Below the pieces are notes generated by a model, which saw only the letters and a program-made list of their open reading frames with translations, ran no database searches and was not told the origin of the DNA. DNA of 64,000 bases from Anolis carolinensis. Its lineage: Eukaryota. The stretch covers positions 353,843,402 to 353,907,401 of the forward strand of contig NC_085841.1 of NCBI RefSeq assembly GCF_035594765.1, written 5' to 3'. Positions 1 through 12,407 of this stretch are shown here, in pieces; positions within the stretch are counted from its first letter, which is position 1, and each line of letters opens with the position of its first letter. The translations under genes and the position numbers were made by a program.

Positions 1-176
1 TGAGCCCTCTTTTCAGCATACAAGAGCACACTGCATACAGAAATGGAGGGGAAAACAATGTCAGAACAATCATTAAGGGGATCAAAAATGCAACATAAGC
101 TATCAACCAACTTCTACAATATGTAGAAAGTAGAGGCTATCTGTATTTGATATGAGAGTATAGAAATCCTCTAGAA

Positions 177-311
177 CAGTGGTTCTCAACCTGGGGTCTC
201 CAGATGTTTTGGGCCTACAACTCCCAGAAATCCTAGCCAGTTTACCAGCTGTTAAGATTTCTGGGAATTGAAGGCCAAAAACATCTGGAGACCTCAGGTT
301 GAGAACCACTG
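177..311. mobile_element. Non-autonomous hAT MITE (CAGTGGTTCTCAACCT TIR, SPIN/Charlie-like)
   Basis: 135 bp palindromic element with perfect 8-bp TSD CTCTAGAA (169-176, 312-319). Confidence 0.9.
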
Positions 312-2993
312 CTCTAGAACGTGGAAGTCTGACATCATGAGCCATGGCCGAGCAAGATCTCCTTTGGAAAGATAACCTTTGCTAGATTTAGAATCACTTT
401 CCGGACCTGTGCCCCACAAATGAAGACAAATCATGACTGTTTTGTTCCACTGTGAAACAGACTATCAGTGATGACTGGGCCAATATATTCATTTGTATAT
501 CAGATCTACTATTCATAAAAACTTAAAAATTGATTGATTGATCACCCTAATTGTAAGCCAGAATTGAACCCAGGCCCAATATCTCTTTTCAAAAAACAGC
601 CTTGCTATCAACTAGATATGAATATGAATTCATATGAAGCTAAGAATTCTACATATCCACTACTAAAACTGCCATTTCTATACTTGTTTTGTTAGCTGGC
701 ATGGGTCACTAGCTGGATATTTTTAAGTTTCATGATTTTCCCAAGAAAGAAGTGCTTGCTCTATCCTTCCGATATGAATAATGAGATCAATTGCAAGTTA
801 CCACAAAAAGTATGACACACCTGACTATTAAACTTTCATTAGTCTTTATTCAGTCTTTTCAGATTTTGATACAGGATGTATTGTCAAATCAACTGACTGA
901 ACACACCACTTCTCAATTCTCACACATTAAGACTCCACACAAAACACATTAGTTATATTATTATCAAGTCCTTGAGAAACTCTACAAGATTCATCCTATC
1001 ATATATACCTGTTGAAACTCCCTCTACTGCACAGCTATTAAATGCACAAGAGTCCTGCCTTAATTTCATTTACCAACCTTCAACACAAAACAATGGAATA
1101 GCTTAAGACAACTTCAACAAACACCTAGAAAAACAGGTTTTCTTAATTCATGATCATGTGCATTTCTCATCCACAGACAATTGAATATTTTCACTAGTTC
1201 CCTTCACAAACATATTAACCACATACATATTTATGAACTCAACATGTTTAATAATACCAACTCAGAATGTTTAAAAAGTTTTGACTAACATATGCTTTTT
1301 ATTTGAAATTGATGCATTGATCATCAGAAATTTAAGGAGTGGATTATCATTATGTCAATTGAGCAAAAAACGAACAGAGAAAAGAATAATGAATTGATAC
1401 TGTTTTAAAACATGTATGAACTTTCCTCACAAAGCATAATGCCTTGGTATCATATCAAAAAAGGAGATATCTGAAACCTTTCCCAAGGAAATAAATAAGG
1501 AACCTAGTCAGTGCTATGAAAGATAAGAACTGGCCCTGGAGAAGACACTTTTGTACTTTTTCTATCAGCAGTAAAGGAAATAAATTGGATACTAATTTAG
1601 AATACCTGGTTTATCCCTGAAGGTCCCAGGATGACAAGTCAAGGCCTCTTTCACGAAAAGTTACCAGGATACCAAGTAAATCAAACAAGCAACCCATAGG
1701 TTTCTAGCAGAGTAACAAAGCATATTTCAGGCTGCATTTCATGAAAATATAGCAGTTCCGATCAAGTTTTCTCCCTTCCCTACCTTATTGACACATGTCT
1801 AGAGACTACAACTAGCATTGTTTCTACCAGGAGGACCCACCACAAGGGATGAAGCCATGAACCCAAGACATCTAGGGATATACCCTGATGGCTCAAAACT
1901 TGGCACCAAATAGAAATGTCAAACTGGAAGCTGAAAGTAATAAAACATCTGACAGTACTAATCAGAAGAGATAAAGAATCTTTCCCAATGATGATGTTGC
2001 AGTGACTAAAAAGAACCTGATCAGAATGTTGGGAAAACATATCATCTATGGATGAGATTGAGTCTCCCAGCAAAGATGTTTCATCTGTAGAAATACTGAC
2101 TAAAGTTCTAGAATATTTTGATTGAAGCACAGGCACAGAATAGCCATATGGTTTGTGGAAAGGGAACAACTTTGAATAAGCACAGGCATACCTCAGTTAA
2201 TGAAGTAGATGTATTCCTGAGAATTACTTTAATGCAAAATTTGGTACCAGACGCAGAAATAATATGGAAAGAACTATAAAAAGAGGAGCAGTTCAATATG
2301 CTTAAGCAAATATTTAATTCAAAATAGTATGCACATGTGAAATGAAACCACCATGTCAGGCAACCCTGGCATAAGTTACTCTCAACTTCCTCCTTCTTGT
2401 ATTCTATCTTTCGTTTGCAACCACCACTACTATATCACATTCAGCCTGTTATGCTAAATGAGCCTCAATGAACTCCACCTAAACCTTTATGCTAGCTAAC
2501 TTAACAACTAAATAAAAAGATAGGGCAGAACATGAAACTGCTTTTATTTCAAAGAATAATGACCCAGCTGTGACCAGCAGTAGAATGTGCTGACTTTGTT
2601 TGTAATGCAATTATGTTGGCTGAGGAAGGTGGTATCCAGAATGTGACTATGAAAAAGCTGCAAAGTAACGTCAAAAAAAGATAATGGCTGCTAAACTAAC
2701 AAACAACTAAACTAACTTATCCTGGAGTGAGTTCAATTTGGGAACTTGATGACATAAAAACCAGATACAGGGATAACCAAGTTGGTAAGCTCTGTGGCAA
2801 GACTGAGGAGGTGATGAGAAAGTAAATGGAAAAAACAAAATTACATGCATTTAAGTAAAAAAATAATGTGCAATTCAGGATTGTAATGTGATACAGGTTG
2901 GCCTGGTTCTTTCCAGTAATCCAACTGAGCAGCCTAGGGGCTATCAGATTGTAAGGCAATAGAGACTCAATGTTGTATTTTGTGCAGATGTAG

Positions 2994-3449
2994 GATCATA
3001 GAATAGTAGAGTTGGAAGAGACCTCATGGGACATCCACTCTAACCCCCTGCCAAGTAGCAGGAAATCGCATTCAAAGCACCCCTGACAGATGGCCACCTA
3101 GACTCTGCTTAAAAGTCTCCAAAGGAGCCTCCATCACAGTCCGGGGGAAGAGAGTTCCACTGCCGAACAGCTCTCACAGTGAGGAAGTTCTTCCTGATGT
3201 TCAGGTGGAATCTCCTTTCCTGTAGTTTGAAGCCATTGCTCCGCGTCCTAGTCTGCAGGGTAGCAGAAAACAAGCTTGCTCCCCTCCTCCCTATGACTTC
3301 CCTTCACATATTTGTACATGGCTATCATGTTTCCTCTCAGCCTTCTCTTCTGCAGGCTAAACATGCCCAGTCCTTTAAGCCGCTCCTCATAGGGCTTGTT
3401 CTCCAGACCCTTTATCATTTTAGTTGTCCTCCTCTGGATGCTTTCCAGC
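2994..3449 (-). mobile_element. CR1 LINE 3' fragment
   Basis: Encodes ...ESIQRRTTKMIKGLENKPYEERLKGLGMFSLQKRRLRG..., nearly identical to the 3' end of the copy at 44.2-44.6 kb, with an ATTCTATG-type tail. Confidence 0.92.
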
Positions 3450-3708
3450 ATCACTGGTGCAAGAAATCTTCACTCCTTTAAAAATATATACTATGTAGTT
3501 AATCTGGTTTATTCCAAATAGTCGGCCCTCTACATTCACAGGTTTGGCATGTATAGATTTCATTATTCATGTGTTTGCTGCAGGCCCCCTAAAGCCCAAG
3601 GCCACTTACTGATCTGCCAATAGAAGCCTTCTGGGGGGCAAAGCAGCAGTGATTCATCTTCCAAGTCTACTCCTTTGTAGACTTTGGGAGGGTGGTTGTT
3701 ACCGTCTC

Positions 3709-4163
3709 CCGGGCTGTGGCGCAGCTGGCTAGTAACCAGCTGCTATAAATCACCACTGACCGAGAGGTCACGAGTTTGAAGCCCGGGTCGGGTTAAGCCT
3801 CCGACCATTAATAGCCCCGGCTTGCTGTTGACCTATGCAGCCCCGAAAGACAGTTGCACCTGTCAATTAGGGAAATTTAGGGACGCTTTATGCGGGAGGC
3901 TAATTTACAACACCATAAAGAACTGCCAGCAAAACACGAGGAAAGGAATGCGGAAGTACAGTCACTAGTGGACGGTGAAGCAACAGCTCCCCCTGTGGCC
4001 GGAATCGTGAAGCTGGAAAAAATGTTAAAAATGTCTCTGAGTTTGTCTAATGTATGTTGTTTGTCTGTTGGCATTGAATGTTTGCCATATATGTGTTCAT
4101 TGTAATCCGCCCTGAGTCCCCTTCGGGGTGAGAAGGGCGGAATATAAATACTGTAAATAAATA
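3709..4163 (+). mobile_element. tRNA-headed SINE with L2-like 3' tail
   Basis: A-box-like TGGCGCAGCTGG and B-box-like GAGTTTGAAGCC. The 3' end TTGTAATCCGCCCTGAGTCCCCTTCGGGGTGAGAAGGGCGG...(TAAA)n matches the L2-type ends at 57.4 and 60.4 kb. Confidence 0.8.
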
Positions 4164-6071
4164 CTCTACTCCGAACTCAAGAATGGGAAACATGCCAAGA
4201 GGAAGGAGCGTCAAGTTAACCCCGACCGGGACCGCCTTCCACCTGGAAACCGATGTCCTCACTGCGGGAGAATATGCGGGTCAAGAATAGGTCTCTACAG
4301 CCACCTAAGAACCCACCCCCAAGACACCAAGGATGGAAGACAATCGTCCTCGAGCTACAAGGGATCGCCTAAGCCCTAAGGTTGTTATCATCTATTGCCA
4401 CTTCTCCGCTCCCTGTAGCTTCAGGAGGTTGTGGCAGTGACAACATGAACTGCCAACTCCCCCGCCCCTCCCCCAATCTATGAAACAGCACCTTGGGGAA
4501 GAGCAGTTTGGAAATATTTATGATTTTCCTACATTCATGAGATTTCTGTGCTCCTAACCTCTTGAATGTGAAAGGACAGCTGTTTACTTTTTCTTGCATG
4601 CACGTTTTCAGAAACATGATGACCTATGTAGATGACAAACTAGACAGGATGCACATGGATATATATATCTAACAAGATTGTGTGTCTACTAAGAAATAAA
4701 ACCTACTGACCAGTGGTGCTTACTGTACTGAATGTGTATACAGAAGTTCAGGAAATGAATGGAGAATACTAATTGTCATAGCATTATGATTTAGAACTCA
4801 TTTAGGTTTGATAAAGAAAGGGTACTATCAATCTCTTAGCCTTGAAATTGGATTAGGTTTAGCATCACTCCCCATAACTAGGTTTCACTATAAGTATGAA
4901 AGAAATATACTGGAGCAAAGTTCTGTTGTTTGGTCATGTGTTCGTGCATCTCATGCTTTGAAGAAAAAAAGGCTGTAAAAGGAAATGATGGGAGAGGGAA
5001 GAGATGACAGAAGACGGCAAGAAGCTAACACAATGCGAGGTATGGTGACTGAGAGGTGTGGAAAATTTCAAAAATAATGTAACTTTTTGCAGAAGCATTT
5101 AAGTTAAGTTCATGTATATATTTCGTTGATTGTTTATATATTCTATCCATTTGAATAGGCTTTAAATTCTGTGTAGTTTTCATTACATCAGAAACATTGA
5201 TTTCCACAATTTCAAATAGATTTGGATTGTTCTGCCATCTAATTCTGCTACCAAAGAAAAACATTGGAATGTGACTTAACTTCAGCCTATATTCATCTCT
5301 TGCAAAATTGTCTCAAAGAAGTTTGTCAAAAGGCAAGAGGAAGCCTGATATAACCCGAAGTATGTAACCCAAAATAAACGAACAAATCAATGTGTGCATA
5401 TACTGGAATCACATCCATCCCACCTGCAATTGTCACTGCACCCCAAAGTGCTTTTTCTACTAGAATCCTTCTACTATGCAACAGAACTATCAGGGATCCC
5501 TTTTCCACCACCAGCCTCTCCCACTCTCCAAAGTTTCAGGTCACTGAATTACCTTATTCCAAAAACCCATTGAAGCATAAATCCAGATCACTGCAAATTG
5601 TTTTGGCCATGAAATGCTGAATTATTCTTGTTATTCTTATAGCCATCCACTTTCATAACAAATATATTCAAGTTAAGTTTTTTTTCTAACTTCAGCCTGG
5701 TTCACAAAAAAATTATTCATTTTTACAAAAAATACATTTATGAATGTATACAACACTACCCAGGGTAGTAATCAGCAATGCAAACCAATCAAACATGAAG
5801 CAAATATCCACCTAAACAAGGTCTTCCCCATAAAACTAAATGCTATCAAACAAGGTGCCAACTTAAATCTCCTTTCATTGGTTGATCCATTTGAGCTCCA
5901 ACACAGATCTAATGTCAGGTCTTAAGGTGCATGTGGGGTGAGTTGCTAAGGCATCCCAAATCACCAACATTTTACATTTTCCACCAGAAGCAAGCTATCA
6001 TCCTTACATATGTGTAATACAATCTTTGAGTATCCACTAGCACTCACGCAACTAAATTCTGGATCAACTGC

Positions 6072-6989
6072 TGTTATCACAAGACCCCCCCCCCCCAAAA
6101 AAGGCAGTCCAAAGTACAATGCACTGCACTATGATGCCCCATGGGCCATCATGGATCATGATGATGAAAACATGGGTTTTTTGCCGTCTCAGCAAGAGAT
6201 GGAGCCATTCCAGATGCCTGTTGTGGACAATTCTTGCCAAGAACTTGCCAAGAACAGACCTTGAACAAGTTCTTCCCAGCGCTTCTCCTCCCTTTGCGAG
6301 AAGGGAGTTCTACGAGGCGAGCCGTTTCCAGAGAGAACAAACGAGGAGAAGTGCAAGATTAGCAGCCAGACAGGGCGCTAATTAGCTAGTTTCTCCTGGG
6401 AGGTTTTAGGGAGGAACGCATCTGGATGAAGATGTGTTTTGCTTCTTTTTCCCTTGGGAAAGGAAGCTCTGGACACCTGCTCTGCAGGAAGATTAAAGTT
6501 CTTTAAAAGTTCCCCGCACTGGTGAATCCGTTGCGGAGTCAACAGATCAGCTTAAGGATTAACGTCGGTTCCAGCCAAGTGTGGACTGCGTTTTAAGTCT
6601 GCAAACTCCAGTTTCCTTGTGCCTTGCCGTGTTTCGTGACCTATCTAGTCGTGTTTCCCAGCCTTGCATCTTGTGCCAAGTATCCAGTCTTGTCTCCAAA
6701 TTCCCTGCCTTGGACTTACTTAAAACTTCAGTAAAACTTTTGGACGCTTTCCCCACTCTAACTGCTTGGAAGTGGAGTGTGTTTCGGTTCTGGGATTACA
6801 ACTTTGAACTCTAATATTATATACTGGACAATATATTTCTGGACTATATTTGACCTTCCCTGAAAGGTCTATTGCTGGACTACATTTTCTACTTGTTTTT
6901 ATCCTACTATAATATTTCTTAATAAAGATATTAGATTGTTATTGGTCTCTGTGTGTTGGTTCTTAGTGCTCCGCTGCCAGGGCGTGACA
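6072..6989 (+). mobile_element. Probable solo LTR (Gypsy/ERV-like)
   Basis: Begins TGTTA and ends TGACA, ~918 bp, with AATAAA at ~6921 followed by a GT-rich U5-like end and higher CpG than its flanks. No clean TSD seen. Confidence 0.65.
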
Positions 6990-7420
6990 TGCACTCAATC
7001 AATACAAAACAAAGGTTTTGGTTCTTCAAGGGTAGTCCAACTCTATCCCAAACAAGATGAATTTCATTCCATAATTAAAGCTGCCTCTCAACTACACTAT
7101 TTATGTATCAGCTGCATTAAAGCACGATTTGTTAGCTATTACGCAGATCATAACTGCCATCAGATACTGACACAGATTAACAGGTTCCCTGGCTATGAAT
7201 AGAGATGAAACAGAGCAACACATTTTCATATTGGTGGAAATCTAATTCATGAGGCACATATCGAAACCTTCAGGAATACCATACGCCCCTAAAGGGGAAC
7301 ATGAATTCATCATCATCTTCTGAAAGGAATACTTGCATAGGGGTGGGAACCACTATGAAATGGCACCTTCCAAGTACATTCCCATTAGATGGTCCAGATA
7401 GCATACTTGGTGTTTTGAAT

Positions 7421-7752
7421 GGAGCCCTGGTGGCAAAGTGTGTTAAAGCACTGAGCTGCTGAACTTGCAGACCGAAAGGTCCCAGGTTCAAATCCCGGGA
7501 GCGGAGTGAGCGCCCGCTGTTGCTCCAACTTCTGCCAACCTAGCAGTTCGAAAACATGCCAATGTGAGTAGATCAATAGGTACCGCTCCGGCGGGAAGGT
7601 AACGGCGTTCCATGCAGTCATGCTGGCCACATGACCTTGGAGGTGTCTACGGACTACGCCGGCTCTTCGGCTTAGAAATGGAGATGAGCACCAACCCCCA
7701 GAGTCAGACATGACTGGACTTAATGTCAGGGGAAACCTTTACCTTTACCTTA
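7421..7752 (+). mobile_element. Sauria SINE
   Basis: GGAGCCCTGGTGGCAAAGTG head, B-box GGTTCAAATCC, (ACCTTT)n tail; paralogous to copies at 28.9, 29.2 and 37.75 kb. Confidence 0.92.
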
Positions 7753-8084
7753 AAAGTTCCAAGAACCAACAGGGTTTCCAGGATGATCAAAGCTATGTCA
7801 GTACCAAGCTAGGATCTGTAGATTGAAAGAGTCTACAGAAGATGTTCCTACACTGATGTTGAAGGGTTCCATCATTCCTGAGAATAGCTGTGAGCATTCT
7901 GAACACTTTGGCTAAAATGAACTCTTTCAAAATAAATGGAGTAGGTCAGCACACAGCACTCAATGTGCCACAAGAAACCCAAACAAATCAACAAAAAGGA
8001 AATAAACTGAGCAAAGCATCACCATAGCGGAGAGAAGACAATTTAAACATTCGTAAATGCCAGCAAAGTAAACAAATAAACTAT

Positions 8085-8485
8085 TGTATATACTCATGTA
8101 TAAGTCCAAATATTTTAGAAAAAAATCAAACCAGAAAGACCTAGATCAACTTATCTAAGGATCAATGAAACTACTGTACCTTAATTTTTCTCAAAGAAGG
8201 AATTTTTAGGTTCTCCTGGGACAGACTAAACTCTTGGAGGAGATGGTTCCTTTGCTGATAAAATGTAAGGCACAGTATAAACTTCTGAGAGTGATGTAGG
8301 TCCTTTTCAAATGCCTGGGCTGGAGGACGGCAACCAGGGGCAGCTGATTCTCTGAAACAGTACTAGCACTTTTCCCGTTTCACATATCCCTCAACTTAAG
8401 AATGGGTCACATCAAAATCCTTAATTTTGATCTCAAAATCAGCCCTCGACTTACACATCAGGTCGACTTACCCACAATTATATGC
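8085..8485. mobile_element. Old Tc1/mariner-type non-autonomous element
   Basis: The left end GTATATACTCATGTATAAGTC and right end CTCGACTTA...GGTCGACTTA resemble degenerate TIRs; a related fragment lies at ~21980-22095. Confidence 0.45.
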
Positions 8486-10079
8486 TAAATTCAAAGGGAG
8501 CACAAAGAATATAATTTGGGCAAAGGGGACTGTTTAGGAGAAAGTTCAAGACTGAATGAATCAATGCAATGCAACATGTAAAAAGGTAAATTAAATGAAA
8601 TCAAGTAAGTGATGAGAAAATAATAGACTGCAAAATTTCAATGCTTGTAAATACATATAAGGAATTCTTGAGAGACAATACATCTTCTAATAACTTCAAA
8701 ATAGATCACAGATCCCATCTTTCATTTATTGGAAAAGAAACAGACCAGAGCAACAGCTGTCTCTGTGTTTGAATAGCAAGATTAAAAAAAACCCCAATAA
8801 GTGAGCCTCAATAGCTTATTTAGCCACTCCTGTGGCAAGGCTGTCCTCAACAAGCAGTCTATGCAGATGCATCCTTTTGGTTTCCAAACTCAGGCCGGCC
8901 ACACTGGCGTTGCCTTTATGCTCTTGCTTGGCCTTCATGCCCCTGCTGAGCCTGGATAAGCACACCCCTTTAGCCACCCAGCAATGTCTTGTACATGCAG
9001 TGGGAAGGGAGATTTTCCTCCAAATAAGTCCATAAAGCAGCTGTAGATTCAGAAATCATGTGTGTGTGGTGTGTGCACTGGCCCTCACCACAGAAGCATC
9101 CAAACTAAACTTGATTCTTTTCCTTTAAAGTGAGCAATGTGGCCAGAGCTTCTGCCAGGAACCCATTCCTGCCCTTTCTTCTCTTGGGAAAAAGGAAAGG
9201 CTAGGACTTCCTGTGTTTGCTCCTCCTTCCGTCCCTTCAGTCCCAGAGCCAGCCAACAGGATGTTCAAGGAGATATGGTCTCTCAGGCCACCAGCCGCCC
9301 CTCAGCGCCTCTAAGAAAACTGGGAGAGAAGGGGGATACCACGAAGGGAGAAATGAACCATTTCCAGAAGTTTGTAGACTTTGGTGGAGGGTGGATGGCA
9401 ACTGAAATTGCTGCCACTCCACTCTCTGGAGCTTCAGGTGGGGTGCAGTGGCAATATCATCACCTACCCTATCAAATTCTGTAGATGGCAACTGAAATCA
9501 CTGCTGCCCTGCCCCTGATGTCACAAATAATCAAAACAGTGAATGCTAAACCTATGAATGCAGAGGGCTGACTGTGGTATTATATTGATTATAAAATTCC
9601 TAAAAAACATTGGACCAAAAAGAAAAGCTTATATGAGGTTGTAAGTGGTATTTGGGTGTGTGAGAGAGTTTTTACATGTAATTTTATTTGTATTTTAACT
9701 TTATTCTAACTTTGTAACCATGACACAAAGATTTGTTTTTTATTTTTGTATTTGTGTTTAAATTTTATTGGGTTGTGTCATGTTATTGATAGTGACTTGA
9801 AATAAAGGTAACAACAATAATAATCCAACAAATCTCTTTCCAGCTAGCAAGCTGGAATAAATTTAGAGTCATTTCTGGAGATAAAAAGTCAGGAGTGCTT
9901 GAGATCAAAAAAGGACTTTACAATAGTAGACTACCTATGATACAAAGCACATGCATATTGTAATCGTGTTCACATCAGTTAAGTACATTGCTTCTCTGCT
10001 TAAAAGCATATACACATTCCAAGCTTGAGATATACTTCCACAGAGCACAAACCGTCACCTTTATGAGAGTCAGTTGGTA

Positions 10080-10405
10080 CAGTAGTCTCTCGCTTATCCA
10101 ACATAAACGGACCGGCAGAACGCTGGATAAGCGAAATTGTTGGATAATATGGAGAGATTAAGGAAAAGCCTATTAAACGTCAAATTATATTATGATTTTA
10201 CAAATTAAGAACTAAAACATGTTTTACAACGAATTGTCAGAAAAAGCAGTTCAATACACAGTAATGTTATGTAGTGATGACTGTATTTATGAATTTAGCA
10301 CCAAAACATCGCTATGTATTGAAAACGTTTACTACAAAAACATTGACTACTAAAAGGCAGACTGCGTTGGATAATACAAAACGTTAGATAAGAGCGACTC
10401 TACTG
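10080..10405 (+). mobile_element. Mariner/pogo-type MITE (TA TSD)
   Basis: Termini CAGTAGTCTCTCGCTTATC ... GACTCTACTG flanked by TA; homologous along its length to 36072-36394. Confidence 0.88.
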
Positions 10406-11984
10406 TATCTACTAAAAAGGACATTTCACTTTTTGTCACGGAATTAGATTTAAGAAGCTTGTTTCTTTACATAAAATGCACAGCTGCAGTGAACCTCACA
10501 AAGATACTTTGCAGAAGAATATATATGCTGAAGATTAATATATTCTGGATAATTTTGTATGTGATACCTCTTCAATAATAATAGAGAGATGATAGATAAA
10601 ATGTACAGTTCTGTTCAATTCCAGTCTAAAGTTCCATGAAACCACTCAATCTAATGCCTCCAACTAGGGCACCTTAAAAAGGAAGCCATCTGCTACTGCC
10701 AGTATAAGTTGCAGAGATATTCAAAATATCAAGTTTCATACATGCAATTTACTGTTACCATAAGCTGTTCTAACTTAGATTCAGCTTCATTCAAAAGATA
10801 GTATTGAAGTGCCACTACAGTTGTGCATGGGCATGCAATTAAAATTAATTAAGCAGGATTAACAAACTGCATATTTCAACTCGATGAAAACTAGAAGACT
10901 GCAACTGGTGGGAGGGGACGGGATGGGACCATTCATTGTAATGTATTTGTCATAAGCAGAAATGTCGTAGATCCTCATGAGAACTTGGAAGCATTATTGA
11001 AGTCTGAGTCACAACTAAAATAAACGTGTAAGCGTAATAGCCCTGAAGTTAGCTCTAGCAAAATCTGTAAGAATTTACTCAATGTAAAATAAAGGAACAG
11101 GACACCACTGTATATTGCATTTTAGCCTTCCGCTAAATAAAACTGTTCAAACTACAAACTGCAGAATAAGAAATCAATATTCAGTAAGACCTATTTATCC
11201 ATGTATTCAATACCCACTGTTTCATTTATTGAAGAATATTCCTCCCGGAAGTATTTGTGGACTGATCTCTAGGTCCTCCAGTGCAAATCTATGTAATGCT
11301 TCTGGCACAAGTACAGGCAGTCCCCAAGTTATGATATCCAACTCATAATTAAGAATGAGAGTTGAACAACAGGAAGTTTTGTTTGCCAAGTGTCTACATC
11401 AAATTTCACAGTTTCATTCCACTGAAGCAGCAAGCAGACTGACAAAAAACATTAAACTATTTTTACAGAAAGACTGAAATTAATAGTATTTTTGCATAGT
11501 ATACATTTAAAAGTCACATATACAAAGTACACAGATTCAAATATACCAGTTTGATAAGCCTGTCTTGCTCAACTATAACAACCCAGACCATAGAGAACAA
11601 GCATAAAGTCAACAGAAAGAAAACTGTACAAATGATCTGTGGAACTGAGTAAAGCTGAGCCTCTGCTGTAAGGATAAAACAAAGTCCTAAAGCACTTCAG
11701 AATAATTTAGGAGTGGCAAGGTCATAGAAAGGAAAGGAAAGGAAAAGGAAAGGAAGGAAAGATTACATATTGGATATGTAACAAAATGAAGATATGAAGA
11801 TTATAGATAACAAACCAAATTGGTATGCATACACTGGTATTTCCCAACTCCAGATGTATCTCTAATGTGTAGAACACACAAATGTACATGAATCATGATA
11901 CTTTTCCAACATCTGTTTTCCCAGGTATTTATTTCAGTTGTCCTGATGCTGATATGACTCCAAATGGAAGAAGTTGTATTAGGG

Positions 11985-12407
11985 CAGTAGTTTTCAACCT
12001 GTGGCCTGCAAGAACTAAAATATGGTCCACAGCATCACCGTTACTACTATGGATAATAACACAGCCCAACGAAAACAATTATTGGTGTCTTTTGTTTTTA
12101 GGGCTGTTCCTGGGGTTATTTGGGGTGCTGATTCAGAAAATTGCATTTGAGAGGACACATCAACTATAGATTATTAAATATGGTTTTCTGTGGGCGAGCA
12201 GATGGCGACTACTGGATGGCATATGTTCTGTATCATAAACTAGAGCTGAGGTGGTCTATCCAATGCAATTTTCTGAACCACCACCCCAAATAACCAAACC
12301 AAATCTAAAGTTGACCAAAAACTGATTTGTAATCCTTTTGGGACTAATGTTGGAGAGTGGCCCCTGGTCAAAGTGGTTCCTGGTCAACAAAACGTTGGGA
12401 GCCACTG
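11985..12407. mobile_element. Non-autonomous hAT element with an internal palindrome
   Basis: TIRs CAGTAGTTTTCAACC / GTTGGGAGCCACTG; 8-bp TSD TATTAGGG/TATTAAGA (6/8 match); its 5' part recurs inverted at ~42690-42766. Confidence 0.8.

Noticed and set aside
7421-7500. tRNA genes at A/B-box motifs
   Set aside because: These are SINE heads followed by SINE bodies; no cloverleaf.
3519-9574. Inverted ~30-bp ends 6 kb apart as one large DNA transposon
   Set aside because: Segments at ~4390-4440 and ~9408-9455 are direct paralogues, which suggests two separate partial copies of an old family; no transposase ORF lies between them.
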